A DNA stretch of 64,000 nt from the IMG/VR virus record IMGVR_UViG_2824993554_000003, positions 36,608 to 100,607 of that record; one strand, 5' to 3'. The notes under the pieces were generated by a model. The model did not search any database. It was not told where the DNA came from and saw nothing but the letters and a program-made list of their open reading frames with translations. This document shows, one piece after another, positions 35,742 to 46,181 of the stretch; within the stretch, counting starts at the first letter, position 1; each line of letters opens with the position of its first letter. The position numbers and the translations under genes are program-made. Source of the stretch: a virus (lineage: Duplodnaviria; Caudoviricetes).

Positions 35742-37278
35742 CCAGTTCTCGGACTGGCGCTGGCGGCTGAACAACCTCTACTGGATCACAGACAAGGAAG
35801 GCAAAAGGGTCCGGTTCGAAATGAACTGGGCTCAGATGACTTTCTTCGAGCAGATGCATTACCTCAACGTGCTGCTGAAGGCCCGCCAGCTCGGCCTGAC
35901 CACCTTCATCCAGATCTTCATGCTCGATGCCTGCGTCTTCAACCGGGATATCCGCGCCGGCACCATCGCTCACACCTTGGGCGACGCCCAGACCATCTTC
36001 CGGGACAAGGTCAAGTATCCGTACGATAATCTGCCTGAAGCTATCCGTGATGCAGTCCCGATCCAGAGGGACAACCAAACGGAACTGCTGCTGGCGAACA
36101 ACTCGAGCATCCGCGTCGGCACGTCCCTCCGATCGGGCACGCTGCAGTACCTCCATATCTCCGAATATGGGAAGCTCTGCGCGAAGTATCCGGAGAAGGC
36201 GAGGGAAGTCAGAACCGGCGCCCTCAACACGGTGCAGGCCGGGCAGCTGGTGTTCATCGAAAGCACCGCAGAGGGGCAAGAGGGGCATTTCTACAATCTT
36301 TGCGAAGACGCCCAGGTCAAGCATCGCCAGGCCTCAGCGCTGACACCACTGGATTTCAAATTCCATTTCTTCCCGTGGTGGAAAGAGCCGCAATATTCGA
36401 TCGATCCGGCGGGCGTCATCATCACGGACGCCTTCGCCAAATATTTCGGCGGTCTCGCCGATCAGGGCATCGACCTCACGGACGGGCAAAAAGCCTGGTA
36501 CGTGAAGAAGGCTGAGACACAGCTCGGCGATATGAAGCGGGAATATCCGTCGTCGCCGGCTGAGGCATTCGAAGCCAGCGTCGAGGGGGCTTACTATGCC
36601 GACCAGATGGCGGTTGCAGACGCTGAGGAGCGTATAGGCATCTACCCGCATGTGCCCGGTTATCCGGTTCACACCATCTCTGACATCGGCATGGATGACA
36701 CCAACAGCGTCTGGCTGTTCCAGGTGCTCCCGAGCCGGGTGCGGATGATCGGTTACTTCGAGCACACCGGCACGGGCATGGATGGCATGCTGGACGAGCT
36801 GGAGCGGCGCGCGAAGGAGCACGGCTATGTCTATGGCGTGCACAACATGCCGCACGATATCCGCGTCAGAGAGTGGACGCGCGGCGGCATGACGCGCATC
36901 GAGATCATGCTCCAGGAGGTCAAAGCTCGAAACCTCGGTACCGTCCGGAAGGTCGAGCGGGCTTATGTCCATGACCGCATCAACGGCACGCGGCGCATTC
37001 TGGCAAAGATCGAGTTTGACCAAGCCGGCTGTGCGCAGGGGATCAAATGCCTGAGGAACTATCGGAAAGAATGGGACGAGGATCTGAGCGTCTTCCGCGA
37101 CGAGCCTTTGCACAACTGGGCATCGCACGGCGCCGACGCTTTCGGCGGCCTCGCTATCATCTTCACGGGCCTGGCGGCTGAACCATTGAAGCCTGAACCA
37201 AAACCGCTGCCGACTTTCCAGACCATGACGTTCAACGACTTCGTCAACTCCACACCGACCTATAGCGAGCACGTTTGA
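35707..37278 (+). CDS. Terminase large subunit
   Basis: LKARQLGLTT, LHISEYG, IESTAEG, DIGMDD, HNWASHGADAF. Confidence 0.93.
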   Translation: MARPADFQTAVDQFSDWRWRLNNLYWITDKEGKRVRFEMNWAQMTFFEQMHYLNVLLKARQLGLTTFIQIFMLDACVFNRDIRAGTIAHTLGDAQTIFRDKVKYPYDNLPEAIRDAVPIQRDNQTELLLANNSSIRVGTSLRSGTLQYLHISEYGKLCAKYPEKAREVRTGALNTVQAGQLVFIESTAEGQEGHFYNLCEDAQVKHRQASALTPLDFKFHFFPWWKEPQYSIDPAGVIITDAFAKYFGGLADQGIDLTDGQKAWYVKKAETQLGDMKREYPSSPAEAFEASVEGAYYADQMAVADAEERIGIYPHVPGYPVHTISDIGMDDTNSVWLFQVLPSRVRMIGYFEHTGTGMDGMLDELERRAKEHGYVYGVHNMPHDIRVREWTRGGMTRIEIMLQEVKARNLGTVRKVERAYVHDRINGTRRILAKIEFDQAGCAQGIKCLRNYRKEWDEDLSVFRDEPLHNWASHGADAFGGLAIIFTGLAAEPLKPEPKPLPTFQTMTFNDFVNSTPTYSEHV

Positions 37279-39377
37279 TGGATGACGAAGTCACGACATT
37301 GCCGGCCGGTGACCAGTACGACCTGGCAAAAGTCGGCGCGCACTGGCAGCAGGAGATCGAGCGGGCGCAGCGCTATTTCAAGTCGTGGCTGGATCGCTGC
37401 ACGAAGATCGAGAAAATCTACCTGCAGCAGCAGGCAGACCAGACCAGCGCAGCCAAGCGTCGTTTCCCGATGCTATGGGCGAACACTTCGGTTCTCCAGC
37501 CGGCCGTCTATGCCCGTGTGCCTCAGCCCGTCGTCGAGCGTCGGTTCAAGGACTCGCAGCCGGTCGCGCGCATGGCGTCCGAACTGGTCGAGCGCAATCT
37601 GGCGTTCACCGCCGATGACGCGGATCTGGATTCAGTTATGCGGGCGGTTCGCGATGACTTTCTGCTCTGCGCCCGCGGCACGGTATGGCTCCGCTACGAA
37701 GCGGACTTCGAGCCGATCGACATGGGCGTCGAGCCTTCGGACGCTGCGAGCGCCGGATTGCAGAGCGGCGACATGGGGGACAATGGCGGCCCGGGGCTGG
37801 AACAGATCACCGACGAACGGGTCTGCATGGACTACGTCCACTGGTCCGACTTCCTGCACTCGCCCGCAAGGCGCTGGAAAGACGTCACGTGGGTAGCGCG
37901 TCGCGTCCCGATGACGGACGACGAATTCGACAACCGCTTTCCGGAGGGGCGGGCAAACCTTGCGGCCAATGGCGCCGGCTCCAACCACGGCACCAACCAG
38001 ACCGAGCGCGCTCAGAACGAGGGCAGGACCAATGTCTGGGAGATCTGGTGCAAGACGGAAGACTATACCGTCTGGATCGCAGAAGGTGCGCCCGTCGCTC
38101 TTGAGGTGTCGGAACCGCCCCTGAAGCTGACGCGCTTCTTCCCATGCCCGCGGCCGGCATTCGGAACGCTGTCGACCGGGTCTCTCATCCCGGTCCCGGA
38201 TTACGTCTACTATCAGCAGCAATGCGACGAGATCGACACGCTGACTAGGCGCATCAACAAGCTGACCGATCAACTCCGGCTGAAGGTGTTTTATCCATCT
38301 GGCGATGGATCGGTATCGCCGGCGATCGAGAAGGCCATGCGTCCGGAGAACGACACCGTCATGGTGCCGATCCCGGAATGGGCAGCCTTCACCGATAAGG
38401 GCGGCTCCAACGCCATCGTGACGCTTCCGATCGATCAGGTGCAGAAGGTGATCGTCGCCTGCATCGAGGTCCGCAAGCAGCTCGTCGAGGATGTTTATCA
38501 GATCACCGGTATCAGTGACATCGTTCGCGGGGACACCCAGGCGTCCGAAACGGCGACCGCCCAGCGCATCAAGAGCCAATGGGGTTCTATCCGCATCCGC
38601 GACCGTCAGGCCGAACTGGCACGCTTCGCCCGCGACGTCGTCAATATCGCCGGCGAGATCATTTGCGATCAGTTCCAGCCCGAGACGCTGATGCTGGTGA
38701 GCGGCATTCAGCTTCCGACCGCAGCGCAGAAGCAGCAGGTCCAGATGCAGATGCAACAGCAGCAGATGATGGCGCAGCAGGCAGCGGCGCGAGCCCAGCA
38801 GATGGGCCAGCCCGCGCCGCCGCCGCAACCGCCTCAGATCCCACCGGACATCCAGAAGATGATGGAGCAGCCGACGATCGATGAAGTTGTGCAGCTGCTG
38901 CGCAATGACAGCGTGCGCGGCTTCCGGATCGACATCGAGACGGATTCGACGATCGAGCCCGACGAGGATGCTGAGAAGCAGCGCCGCATGGAATTCGTGG
39001 AAATGGTGGGCGGCTTCATGCAGCAGGCGGGCGCCATTGCCCAACAGACGCCGATGCTCGTCCCTGTGATGGTCGAGACGCTACTGTTTGCCGCCCGCGG
39101 CTTCCGGGCAGGGCGCCAGCTCGAAAACACACTGGAGCAGGTGGGCGCCCAGCTCTCGCAAGCAGCAACCGCACCGAAGCCCCCGCCGGAGCCCACGCCC
39201 GAGCAGATGATCAATCTGAAAACTGCCCAGGTGAAGGCCGGCGCCGAAGAGAAGAAGGCACAGTTGAGCGTAGCCCAAGCGCAAATCGAGCATCAGAGCA
39301 CGGTGGAGCAAGCGCGAAGCGACATGGCGGCCCAGGCGCTCCAGCAGTTCCAGCAGCAGCCACCAGCCTATCAGTGA
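37278..39377 (+). CDS. Portal protein (podovirus type, long Gln-rich C-terminus)
   Basis: ~700 aa after TerL; YQITGISDIVRG..ETATAQRIK. Confidence 0.85.
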   Translation: MDDEVTTLPAGDQYDLAKVGAHWQQEIERAQRYFKSWLDRCTKIEKIYLQQQADQTSAAKRRFPMLWANTSVLQPAVYARVPQPVVERRFKDSQPVARMASELVERNLAFTADDADLDSVMRAVRDDFLLCARGTVWLRYEADFEPIDMGVEPSDAASAGLQSGDMGDNGGPGLEQITDERVCMDYVHWSDFLHSPARRWKDVTWVARRVPMTDDEFDNRFPEGRANLAANGAGSNHGTNQTERAQNEGRTNVWEIWCKTEDYTVWIAEGAPVALEVSEPPLKLTRFFPCPRPAFGTLSTGSLIPVPDYVYYQQQCDEIDTLTRRINKLTDQLRLKVFYPSGDGSVSPAIEKAMRPENDTVMVPIPEWAAFTDKGGSNAIVTLPIDQVQKVIVACIEVRKQLVEDVYQITGISDIVRGDTQASETATAQRIKSQWGSIRIRDRQAELARFARDVVNIAGEIICDQFQPETLMLVSGIQLPTAAQKQQVQMQMQQQQMMAQQAAARAQQMGQPAPPPQPPQIPPDIQKMMEQPTIDEVVQLLRNDSVRGFRIDIETDSTIEPDEDAEKQRRMEFVEMVGGFMQQAGAIAQQTPMLVPVMVETLLFAARGFRAGRQLENTLEQVGAQLSQAATAPKPPPEPTPEQMINLKTAQVKAGAEEKKAQLSVAQAQIEHQSTVEQARSDMAAQALQQFQQQPPAYQ

Positions 39378-39391
39378 AGGAGGCTCAAGCC

Positions 39392-39619
39392 ATGACCAAC
39401 GAAGCCAGCACCGACCAGCTTGTCGAGGGAATTCGTGCGGAAGCCCTCGCGCATATCAGCGACGTCGTCAACCTGACGCGAAGCCTGACCGGTGATCAAT
39501 ACGGCCGGCTGGTTCAGCTCGCCAAGGAACACGTGGAGACCTCCGACACGGTAGAGCAGTTTATGCTTCTTAGCTGGCTTCGTTGTGAATTGTCGATCCC
39601 GTCGAGGAGGTCGGCATGA
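39392..39619 (+). CDS. Hypothetical protein
   Basis: AGGAGG RBS, in operon. Confidence 0.55.
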   Translation: MTNEASTDQLVEGIRAEALAHISDVVNLTRSLTGDQYGRLVQLAKEHVETSDTVEQFMLLSWLRCELSIPSRRSA

Positions 39620-39927
39620 GAGAACGATACTGCCGTGTTTGCGGCGGCTGGCACCAGCTCGACAAGTGGCCGCACAACTGCATGCCGGTGAAGAGCCAGG
39701 CGCAGTCGGATCTGCCGGCGCCGCACTTCGTCAGCGACAACATCGATATCCAGTCGATGCATGACGGAAGGCATTACACCTCGAAAGCCAAGTTGCGTTC
39801 CGCCTATCGCGCGGCCGGCGTGGTCGAGATCGGCAACGAAAAGCCGCATCCTATCGAGAAGCCGAAGACGGACCGCCAGGCGATCCGCAACGAACTGCGG
39901 CGGGTTCACGCCGAATACAACGCCTGA
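39616..39927 (+). CDS. Hypothetical head-module protein
   Basis: CRVCGGWH..SMHDGRHYTSK; ATGA overlap. Confidence 0.65.
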   Translation: MRERYCRVCGGWHQLDKWPHNCMPVKSQAQSDLPAPHFVSDNIDIQSMHDGRHYTSKAKLRSAYRAAGVVEIGNEKPHPIEKPKTDRQAIRNELRRVHAEYNA

Positions 39928-39962
39928 ACGGGCATCAATCCCCGAAATAGGAAACATTCGAC

Positions 39963-41057
39963 ATGGAAGACCTGATTAACGAGGCCGGCAACGGCAGCGA
40001 AGACCTCGGCACGTCGGCCGACAAGCCCCTGAGCATCCGCGACAGCCTTAAAGCAGCGCTCGACAGCACCGAAACGGGAACGACATCCGCTGGGAGTGAC
40101 CGACAGCGCGACGAGCATGGACGCTTCGCGCCGAAGGATGGGGACAAGGGCGCTCCTACCGCCGCTCCGCAGGCTGCGGCAGCAGCGCCGAAGGCGGGAG
40201 ACGCACCGGCAGCAGCAAACGCCGCCTTAGCAGCCCAGCAAACGGCTCCTGCCGCCGCGCAGCCAACAGAACAGCAGCCGGCTGCGCACCGTGTGCCGCC
40301 TGGCTGGTCGCCTGAGGCGAAGGCCCAGTTCGCAACCTTGCCACCGGAAGTGCAGGCAGCAGTCGCCAAGCGAGAGCAGGAGGTCGACAACGGCTTCCGT
40401 GTCCTTCAGGACTATAAGGGTCTCGAGGAGTTCACGCCGATCGTAAGGCAGGCGGGCACCACGCACGCCGATGTCATGCGAAAGGCGATCGACTGGGAGA
40501 CAGCGCTCCAGCGCGACCCCGTCAATACGGTCATTCACGTCGCCAACATGGCTGGCGTCAACCTTCGCGCCCTTGTCGCAGGTCAGCAGGATCAAGTCCT
40601 GCAGCGCCGGCCGCAACAGGCTCAGCAACAGCCTATGCCTCAGCCCGTCAACGTCGAGGCCACGGTTGAACAGGTACTCCGGAAACGAGACACTGAAACT
40701 CAAGTCAATGCCTTCATTTCCGATCCCGCAAATGTGCATGCGGAAGCAGTTCTCGACGACATGGTCGCCCTTATCAGCGCGGGGCGCGCATCGTCGCTCA
40801 AGGATGCCTACGATGCAGCGTGCTGGATGCGTCCCGATATTCGCCAACAGCTGATCAGCCAGGCTGCACCGGCGGTGAACCCAGTCCAGGACCAGACTTC
40901 CCAGAGGGCAGCAGCGGCAGATCAAGCCCGCCGCGCCTCGCGATCCATCTCCGGTTCTTCCGCACCAGGTCCAAGCCAGGGCGCGGCCTCCGGTCAACCC
41001 ACATCCATCCGTGACTCGCTTCGCACTGCTTTGCACGCTGCACGCGGTCAGGTTTGA
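39963..41057 (+). CDS. Capsid scaffolding protein
   Basis: RDEHGRFA, Ala/Pro/Gln-rich, directly upstream of the capsid gene. Confidence 0.75.
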   Translation: MEDLINEAGNGSEDLGTSADKPLSIRDSLKAALDSTETGTTSAGSDRQRDEHGRFAPKDGDKGAPTAAPQAAAAAPKAGDAPAAANAALAAQQTAPAAAQPTEQQPAAHRVPPGWSPEAKAQFATLPPEVQAAVAKREQEVDNGFRVLQDYKGLEEFTPIVRQAGTTHADVMRKAIDWETALQRDPVNTVIHVANMAGVNLRALVAGQQDQVLQRRPQQAQQQPMPQPVNVEATVEQVLRKRDTETQVNAFISDPANVHAEAVLDDMVALISAGRASSLKDAYDAACWMRPDIRQQLISQAAPAVNPVQDQTSQRAAAADQARRASRSISGSSAPGPSQGAASGQPTSIRDSLRTALHAARGQV

Positions 41058-41074
41058 TCAAAGGAAAATGATCT

Positions 41075-42046
41075 ATGGTTTCCCCAAACCTCTCTGAAAT
41101 CGTGACGACCACCCTGCGGAACCGCAGCGGAGTCGTTGCCGACGACGTGACGAAGAACAACGGTCTTCTGTCTCGTCTGAACAGCCGCGGCCGCAAGAAG
41201 CCCGTCTCGGGCGGCCGCACCATCGTCCAGGAACTTCAGTACCAGGAAAACAGCACGTACAAGCGCTATTCCGGATACGAGATCCTGAACGTTCAACCCT
41301 CCGACGTCATCACCGCTGCCGAATACGACTACAAACAGGCAGCCGTTGCCGTCTCGATGTCCGGCCTCGAACAGCTGCAGAATTCCGGCGAGGACGCTGT
41401 TCTTGATCTGCTCGAACAGCGCGTCGAGAATGCCGAAACGACGCTGAAGAACAACATCGCCCTCGATTGCTATTCCGACGGCACGGCGGACGGGGGGAAG
41501 CAGATCGGCGGCCTGCAGCTGTTGGTCTCGACGTCTCCGACCTCGGGCACCGTCGGCGGCATCAGCCGGGCGACGTGGGGTTTCTGGCGTAATCAGAAGT
41601 TCTCGGCCTCGGCGGATGGCGGTGCGGCTGCATCGACAGCGAACATCCAGTCCTACATGAACCGGCTCTATATGAGCTGTGTTCGCGGTCCTGATGCACC
41701 TGATCTGATCATCGGCGACAACAACTATTTCCGCCTCTACTGGGAGTCGCTGCAGGCGATCCAGCGTATCACCTCGGCGGACAAGGGCATGGCCGGCTTC
41801 CAGTCGCTCCAGTACATGGGCGCCGACGTGATTTTCGACGGCGGCTTCGGCGGCGGTGCGCCGCTCAACCAGATGTTCTTCCTGAACACCAAGTACCTGT
41901 TCTACCGCCCCCACCGCGACCGCGACATGGCGCCGATCGGCGATGAGCGCATGAACACCAACCAGGATGCCTTCGTCCAGCTCATGGGCTTCGCGGGCAA
42001 CCTCACCATGAACAACGCCTTCCTGCAGGGCGTGCTGTTCGCCTAA
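41075..42046 (+). CDS. Major capsid protein
   Basis: 323 aa; IVTTTLRNRS..ADDVTKNN, YSDGT, IGGLQLLV, FFLNTKYL. Confidence 0.85.
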   Translation: MVSPNLSEIVTTTLRNRSGVVADDVTKNNGLLSRLNSRGRKKPVSGGRTIVQELQYQENSTYKRYSGYEILNVQPSDVITAAEYDYKQAAVAVSMSGLEQLQNSGEDAVLDLLEQRVENAETTLKNNIALDCYSDGTADGGKQIGGLQLLVSTSPTSGTVGGISRATWGFWRNQKFSASADGGAAASTANIQSYMNRLYMSCVRGPDAPDLIIGDNNYFRLYWESLQAIQRITSADKGMAGFQSLQYMGADVIFDGGFGGGAPLNQMFFLNTKYLFYRPHRDRDMAPIGDERMNTNQDAFVQLMGFAGNLTMNNAFLQGVLFA

Positions 42047-42070
42047 TCGTCAACGAAAGGATCAACTCCC

Positions 42071-42856
42071 ATGACTATCGCAACGTCTCAGACCGATCGT
42101 CTTGGCGCGAACCCGTTCGTCGTCGATGGCCCGATCGTTTCCGGCTCCGGTATTCCGGGCCCGAACTTTGCCCTTGGGTCCGTCTCCGGCGGATCGAAGG
42201 AGTCGGAGTGGGTTTACGTCAAGCTTGTCCTGGCGTCGACCACCACGCTCCAGCCCGGTCAGTGGTTCCAGTGGGATCGGGATTACACTGCAACGCTTCT
42301 GACCACGGCTGCAGCTGTTGTCGGCAATCGTTGCGGCGTCTTCGCCGGGGCAAACCAGGCGCCGACGCAGTCCGGTGGCCCGGCACAGTCGATCAGCCTT
42401 GTGGCCGGCACCTATTACCTCTGGCTGCAGCGCAACGGCCAGGCTCCGGCTCTCGTGACCACGGCAACGGCGGCCCTCGTCGTTGCTGAAACCACGGCGA
42501 CGGCCGGTCTTGCGAATGCTCCGGCATCCGCGACCGTTTCGTCGAAGGCGATCCAGGGCGTCAACTTCACGGCCGCAAACCAAACCTTCACGGCAACGAC
42601 CGTCAGCGGTTCCGCTGTGCTGACATCGCTTGGTGGCGTTACCTCAGAAGGTGGGCCGTTCATCGGCGCTGCCATCTCTGGCACCGGCATTCCCGGTTCC
42701 ACGACCATCAGCTCGATCACCTACACGCCTTCTGGTGTGGTCCAGAGCATCACCATGTCTGCCAACGCCACGGCCAATGGCACCGGCATCACAGTGACGG
42801 CGACGGGCGTGCTCGAGGCGACCTTGATGCGGCCGTACCTGTCCAAGGTGAACTAA
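42071..42856 (+). CDS. Capsid decoration/cement-like structural protein
   Basis: Follows MCP; Thr/Ala/Gly-rich beta protein. Confidence 0.6.
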   Translation: MTIATSQTDRLGANPFVVDGPIVSGSGIPGPNFALGSVSGGSKESEWVYVKLVLASTTTLQPGQWFQWDRDYTATLLTTAAAVVGNRCGVFAGANQAPTQSGGPAQSISLVAGTYYLWLQRNGQAPALVTTATAALVVAETTATAGLANAPASATVSSKAIQGVNFTAANQTFTATTVSGSAVLTSLGGVTSEGGPFIGAAISGTGIPGSTTISSITYTPSGVVQSITMSANATANGTGITVTATGVLEATLMRPYLSKVN

Positions 42857-42866
42857 GGAGAGCGTG

Positions 42867-43022
42867 ATGTCCCTGAAAAGTGAGATCGAGAAGAAGATTG
42901 CAGCCGACCGCGAGGCCGGCCGCGAAATCCCGGTGGTGATCGAGGAACTGATCCTGATGATCACCGATAAGGTCGATAAGCCGGCCGCTCAGAAGGCCCC
43001 GGCGAAGACTGAGAGCAAATGA
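42867..43022 (+). CDS. 51-aa hypothetical protein
   Basis: AAGGAG RBS; MSLKSEIEKKIAADREAGREIPVVIEELILMITDKVDKPAAQKAPAKTESK*. Confidence 0.55.
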   Translation: MSLKSEIEKKIAADREAGREIPVVIEELILMITDKVDKPAAQKAPAKTESK

Positions 43023-43029
43023 TCAACGG

Positions 43030-43055
43030 CGGGCGCTTCGGCGCCCGTTTCCTTT
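43030..43055 (+). terminator. Intrinsic terminator after the capsid genes
   Basis: CGGGCGC-TTCG-GCGCCCG-TTTCCTTT. Confidence 0.75.
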
Positions 43056-43083
43056 CCCCGCCATCAACAGCGAGACAATCACC

Positions 43084-43647
43084 ATGACCGACAACAAGGG
43101 CGTCTACGCCTCCTTCAGCATCGAGCCCGTCGAACAGCCGTTCCTCACGGAACAGGAAGGACGGCCAATTTTCAAGGACACGGAATTCGTCACAATCTTC
43201 ATTGCTGGCGACAAGCACACGGAAGTTCATCGCGTTGCTACAGAGCACGACAAAGAGCGGTTTTCGGAGACCTACAAGCGCTTCAAGGACGGTGCCGCGG
43301 CGCGCGAACAGCTGATCGGCACGCCGCTTTCGCAGTGGCCGTATCTCAAGCCGAGCCAGATCAAGGAGCTGGAGGCGATCAACGTCTATAGCGTCGAACA
43401 GCTGGCCGCTCTTTCCGATACTGCCAAGCAGAAGATCGGTATGGGCGCGAACGAGCTTGTGGCGGCCGCCCAGGCTTTCCTCACGACTGCCAAGGACGCC
43501 AGCGCGGCGTCCGCGTTCGCCGCTGAGAACGAACGCCTGAAGGATGACGTCACGCGCCTGCAGCAGCAGATCGACGAAATGGGCAAGCGTTTTGAAGCCC
43601 TTGCCAAAGAACAGGGCGGTTCCGGCCGTCGCAATGCAGCAGCCTAA
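43084..43647 (+). CDS. Hypothetical virion-module protein
   Basis: GRPIFKD, GTPLSQWP, NVYSVEQLAALSD, C-terminal coiled coil. Confidence 0.65.
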   Translation: MTDNKGVYASFSIEPVEQPFLTEQEGRPIFKDTEFVTIFIAGDKHTEVHRVATEHDKERFSETYKRFKDGAAAREQLIGTPLSQWPYLKPSQIKELEAINVYSVEQLAALSDTAKQKIGMGANELVAAAQAFLTTAKDASAASAFAAENERLKDDVTRLQQQIDEMGKRFEALAKEQGGSGRRNAAA

Positions 43648-43662
43648 ATCGGAGATCCGCGC

Positions 43663-44361
43663 ATGTCGCTGTTGTCGATCATTCAGAATGTATGCGCGGA
43701 AATCGATCTCGATCAACCGACGGCGGTCATGTCCTCGGCTGATCCGCAAATCAGACAGTTGCTGGTTCTTTCCACGCGCGCCGGCCGTGATCTGCTGAAA
43801 GATCATGACTGGTCGGCGCTGACGACGATCCGGGATTTCACGGCAACGGGTGCTATTCCGGAGCCGACCGAGCCGCCGGCGGATTTCAAGCGCTTCGTTG
43901 CCAACTCGATGATCTGGAACGTCTCGCGTCTGTGGTCGCTGAATGGCCCGGTCGAGCCCGCGGCATGGGACCGGCTCAGGATACTCAATTCCAACCCGGT
44001 GCCGCAGGTCTGGCGCATGCTCGGGGGCAAGCTGGCGTTCTTCCCGAACGATGCGGGGGAAACCCTTCGCTACGAGTACGTCTCGAAAAGCTGGATCGCG
44101 GTCAGCGGTGGTACGACCTATGCCGAGAATTGGGCGAACGACACCGACACGGTGCGTTTCCCGGAAGACCTCGTCGAGCTTTCCCTCATCTGGCGTTGGA
44201 AGCGCGCGAAGGGCCTGGATTATGGCGAAGAGCTGGAAAACTTCGAGCGTGCCAAGGAGGCGGCGGTTGGCGTCGATCGCGCCGCGCAGCCGGTGAGCAT
44301 GTCGATGCCGTACCGCGGCGAAGTTCCCGAAAACTACTGGCCGGGCACCATCACAGTATGA
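43663..44361 (+). CDS. Head-tail adaptor / tail tubular protein A-like
   Basis: MSLLSIIQNVC..HDWSAL; position in the podoviral tail module. Confidence 0.65.
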   Translation: MSLLSIIQNVCAEIDLDQPTAVMSSADPQIRQLLVLSTRAGRDLLKDHDWSALTTIRDFTATGAIPEPTEPPADFKRFVANSMIWNVSRLWSLNGPVEPAAWDRLRILNSNPVPQVWRMLGGKLAFFPNDAGETLRYEYVSKSWIAVSGGTTYAENWANDTDTVRFPEDLVELSLIWRWKRAKGLDYGEELENFERAKEAAVGVDRAAQPVSMSMPYRGEVPENYWPGTITV

Positions 44362-46181
44362 CCAGAAAACCAGTCCCCCCGAACGGGCGCACCGGCCGCG
44401 TCTCGCCCAGCAAAGACTGGATCGCGCCGATTGGCGGCTGGCGAACCGATGTCGAAATGGCAGATATGCCGAAGGACGCGGCCTTCCAACTCGATAACTT
44501 CTTCCCGGAAGCAAACCGGGTCCGCGCGCGATATGGGAATACTGCCTTCGCGACAGGCCTCGGCGCCTCAGTGCTGACGATCATCCCGTATGTCGGGGTT
44601 AGCAATCGTCTGTTCGCGGCTGCGGGCGACAAGATATTCGACGTGACCGCGGGCGGCGCGGTCGGGGCTGCTGTCGTAAGCGGGCAGAGCAGCGCGCGCT
44701 GGTCGGTTCAGCAATATACGAACCCTGCTGGGCAGGAATATTTGCGCCTCGTCAACGGCCTGGATTTGCCACTGCTCTATAACGGCACGACGTGGACGAA
44801 CAACATTCTCGTCGGTACCGCGACGCTCGCCACGCAGAACGTCGCGGTGAAGGTAGTTCAGTATACCCTCAGCTTCTTCGGAACCGGCTCTGTAACGCTC
44901 TCGGGAGCCTACGCGGGCGTTCTTAATGGAACGGGCGTCGGCAATCGCGTGACACTGACGTTTACGCCGGCGGCGGGCACGCTGACCTTGACCGTGGCGG
45001 GCTCGGTAACGAATGCCCAGCTGGAAACCGGTGCGACCGCCACGCCCTATGTCTCGTCGACGATGATCACGGGTATCTCCGATCCTTCACTGCTGATCGC
45101 GGTGACGGCTTACCGCTCGCGCCTGTGGTTCATCGAGAAGAACTCGACGAACGTCTGGTATCTCGCAACGGATGCGGTGAGCGGAACCGCCACGGTCCTG
45201 CCGGTCGGCGGCAATATGAAATACGGCGGCACGCTGGTGGCAATCGGCGTCTGGACAATTCCCGTTTCGACCGGGCTCCAGCAGTGCCTTGTCCTCATGT
45301 CCACCGAGGGCGAGGTGATCGTCTATCAGGGCTCCGATCCATCGAGCGCTTCGAACTGGAGCCTGCTTGGCACCTTCAAGCTCGGCCGGCCGCTCGGGAC
45401 AGAACGTTGCTTCCTGTCCGTCGGCGCCGATCTCGCCATCATGACAACGGACGGGATTGTTCCGATCACCAAGGCTGTTCAGCTTGATCGCGGCGCGACC
45501 AGCCTTGGAGCGATTACCGCCAAGATTGGCCCGACCTGGCGCGAAACTGTGATGACGGGCGGCACCACGTCACAGGAATGGCAGCTGGCAAGCTTCCCGG
45601 CGCGACAGATGGCGATTGTCAACCTGCCGTCGTCTCTCGGGCCGTATCAGTTTGTGATGAATACCGAGACCGGCGCCTGGTGCCGCTTCGTCGGACTTGC
45701 GGCCTCCTGCTGGGCCAATTGGCAGGACCGCCTGTTCTTCGGCTCGAGCGACGGCACGGTTTACGAGGCCGAGGTCGGCGCCAACGACAACGGCGCGGCG
45801 ATCGACGCTCTTATGGTCGGGGCGTGGAACCGCTACGGGGAAGACATGGCAACGAAGTTTTCCAAGCTTATCGGCGTGACCGGTCAGATTGGCGTTTCGA
45901 CCCTGATGTATGCCGGCATGTCCTTCGACTATCAGGTGAAGATCCCGACGGCGCTCCTGTCGTCGGTGGACAGCAACGCCGCCGCCAAGTGGGGAACCGC
46001 GATCTGGGGCGTCTCGAAATTTCCCGGAACCTCGCTCGTCCGAAAGTTTGCCGCGGCCGGAGGTGTGGGCTCCGCCTTGGCGCCGACGATCCGCGCGCTG
46101 ATCTCTGGAGCAACTGGTTCGGTATCCGAAGCTGCCGTCGTCGGTGGCTCGGTCCTCTATGAGAAGGGCGCTCCCATTTGA
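44358..46181 (+). CDS. Tail nozzle / head-closure (P22 gp10 or T7 gp12-like) protein
   Basis: ATGA overlap at 44358; ~607 aa beta-rich (propeller-like). Confidence 0.65.
   Translation: MTRKPVPPNGRTGRVSPSKDWIAPIGGWRTDVEMADMPKDAAFQLDNFFPEANRVRARYGNTAFATGLGASVLTIIPYVGVSNRLFAAAGDKIFDVTAGGAVGAAVVSGQSSARWSVQQYTNPAGQEYLRLVNGLDLPLLYNGTTWTNNILVGTATLATQNVAVKVVQYTLSFFGTGSVTLSGAYAGVLNGTGVGNRVTLTFTPAAGTLTLTVAGSVTNAQLETGATATPYVSSTMITGISDPSLLIAVTAYRSRLWFIEKNSTNVWYLATDAVSGTATVLPVGGNMKYGGTLVAIGVWTIPVSTGLQQCLVLMSTEGEVIVYQGSDPSSASNWSLLGTFKLGRPLGTERCFLSVGADLAIMTTDGIVPITKAVQLDRGATSLGAITAKIGPTWRETVMTGGTTSQEWQLASFPARQMAIVNLPSSLGPYQFVMNTETGAWCRFVGLAASCWANWQDRLFFGSSDGTVYEAEVGANDNGAAIDALMVGAWNRYGEDMATKFSKLIGVTGQIGVSTLMYAGMSFDYQVKIPTALLSSVDSNAAAKWGTAIWGVSKFPGTSLVRKFAAAGGVGSALAPTIRALISGATGSVSEAAVVGGSVLYEKGAPI

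Noticed and set aside
38725-38860. CAG-rich repeat in the portal gene
   Set aside because: Encodes an ordinary Gln/Pro low-complexity segment; not a DNA-level repeat array
37632-39044. 470-aa antisense ORF, and similar long ones at 829-1863, 11406-12515, 42961-44514 and 47777-49309
   Set aside because: Shadow frames of well-supported high-GC genes; no motifs or RBS
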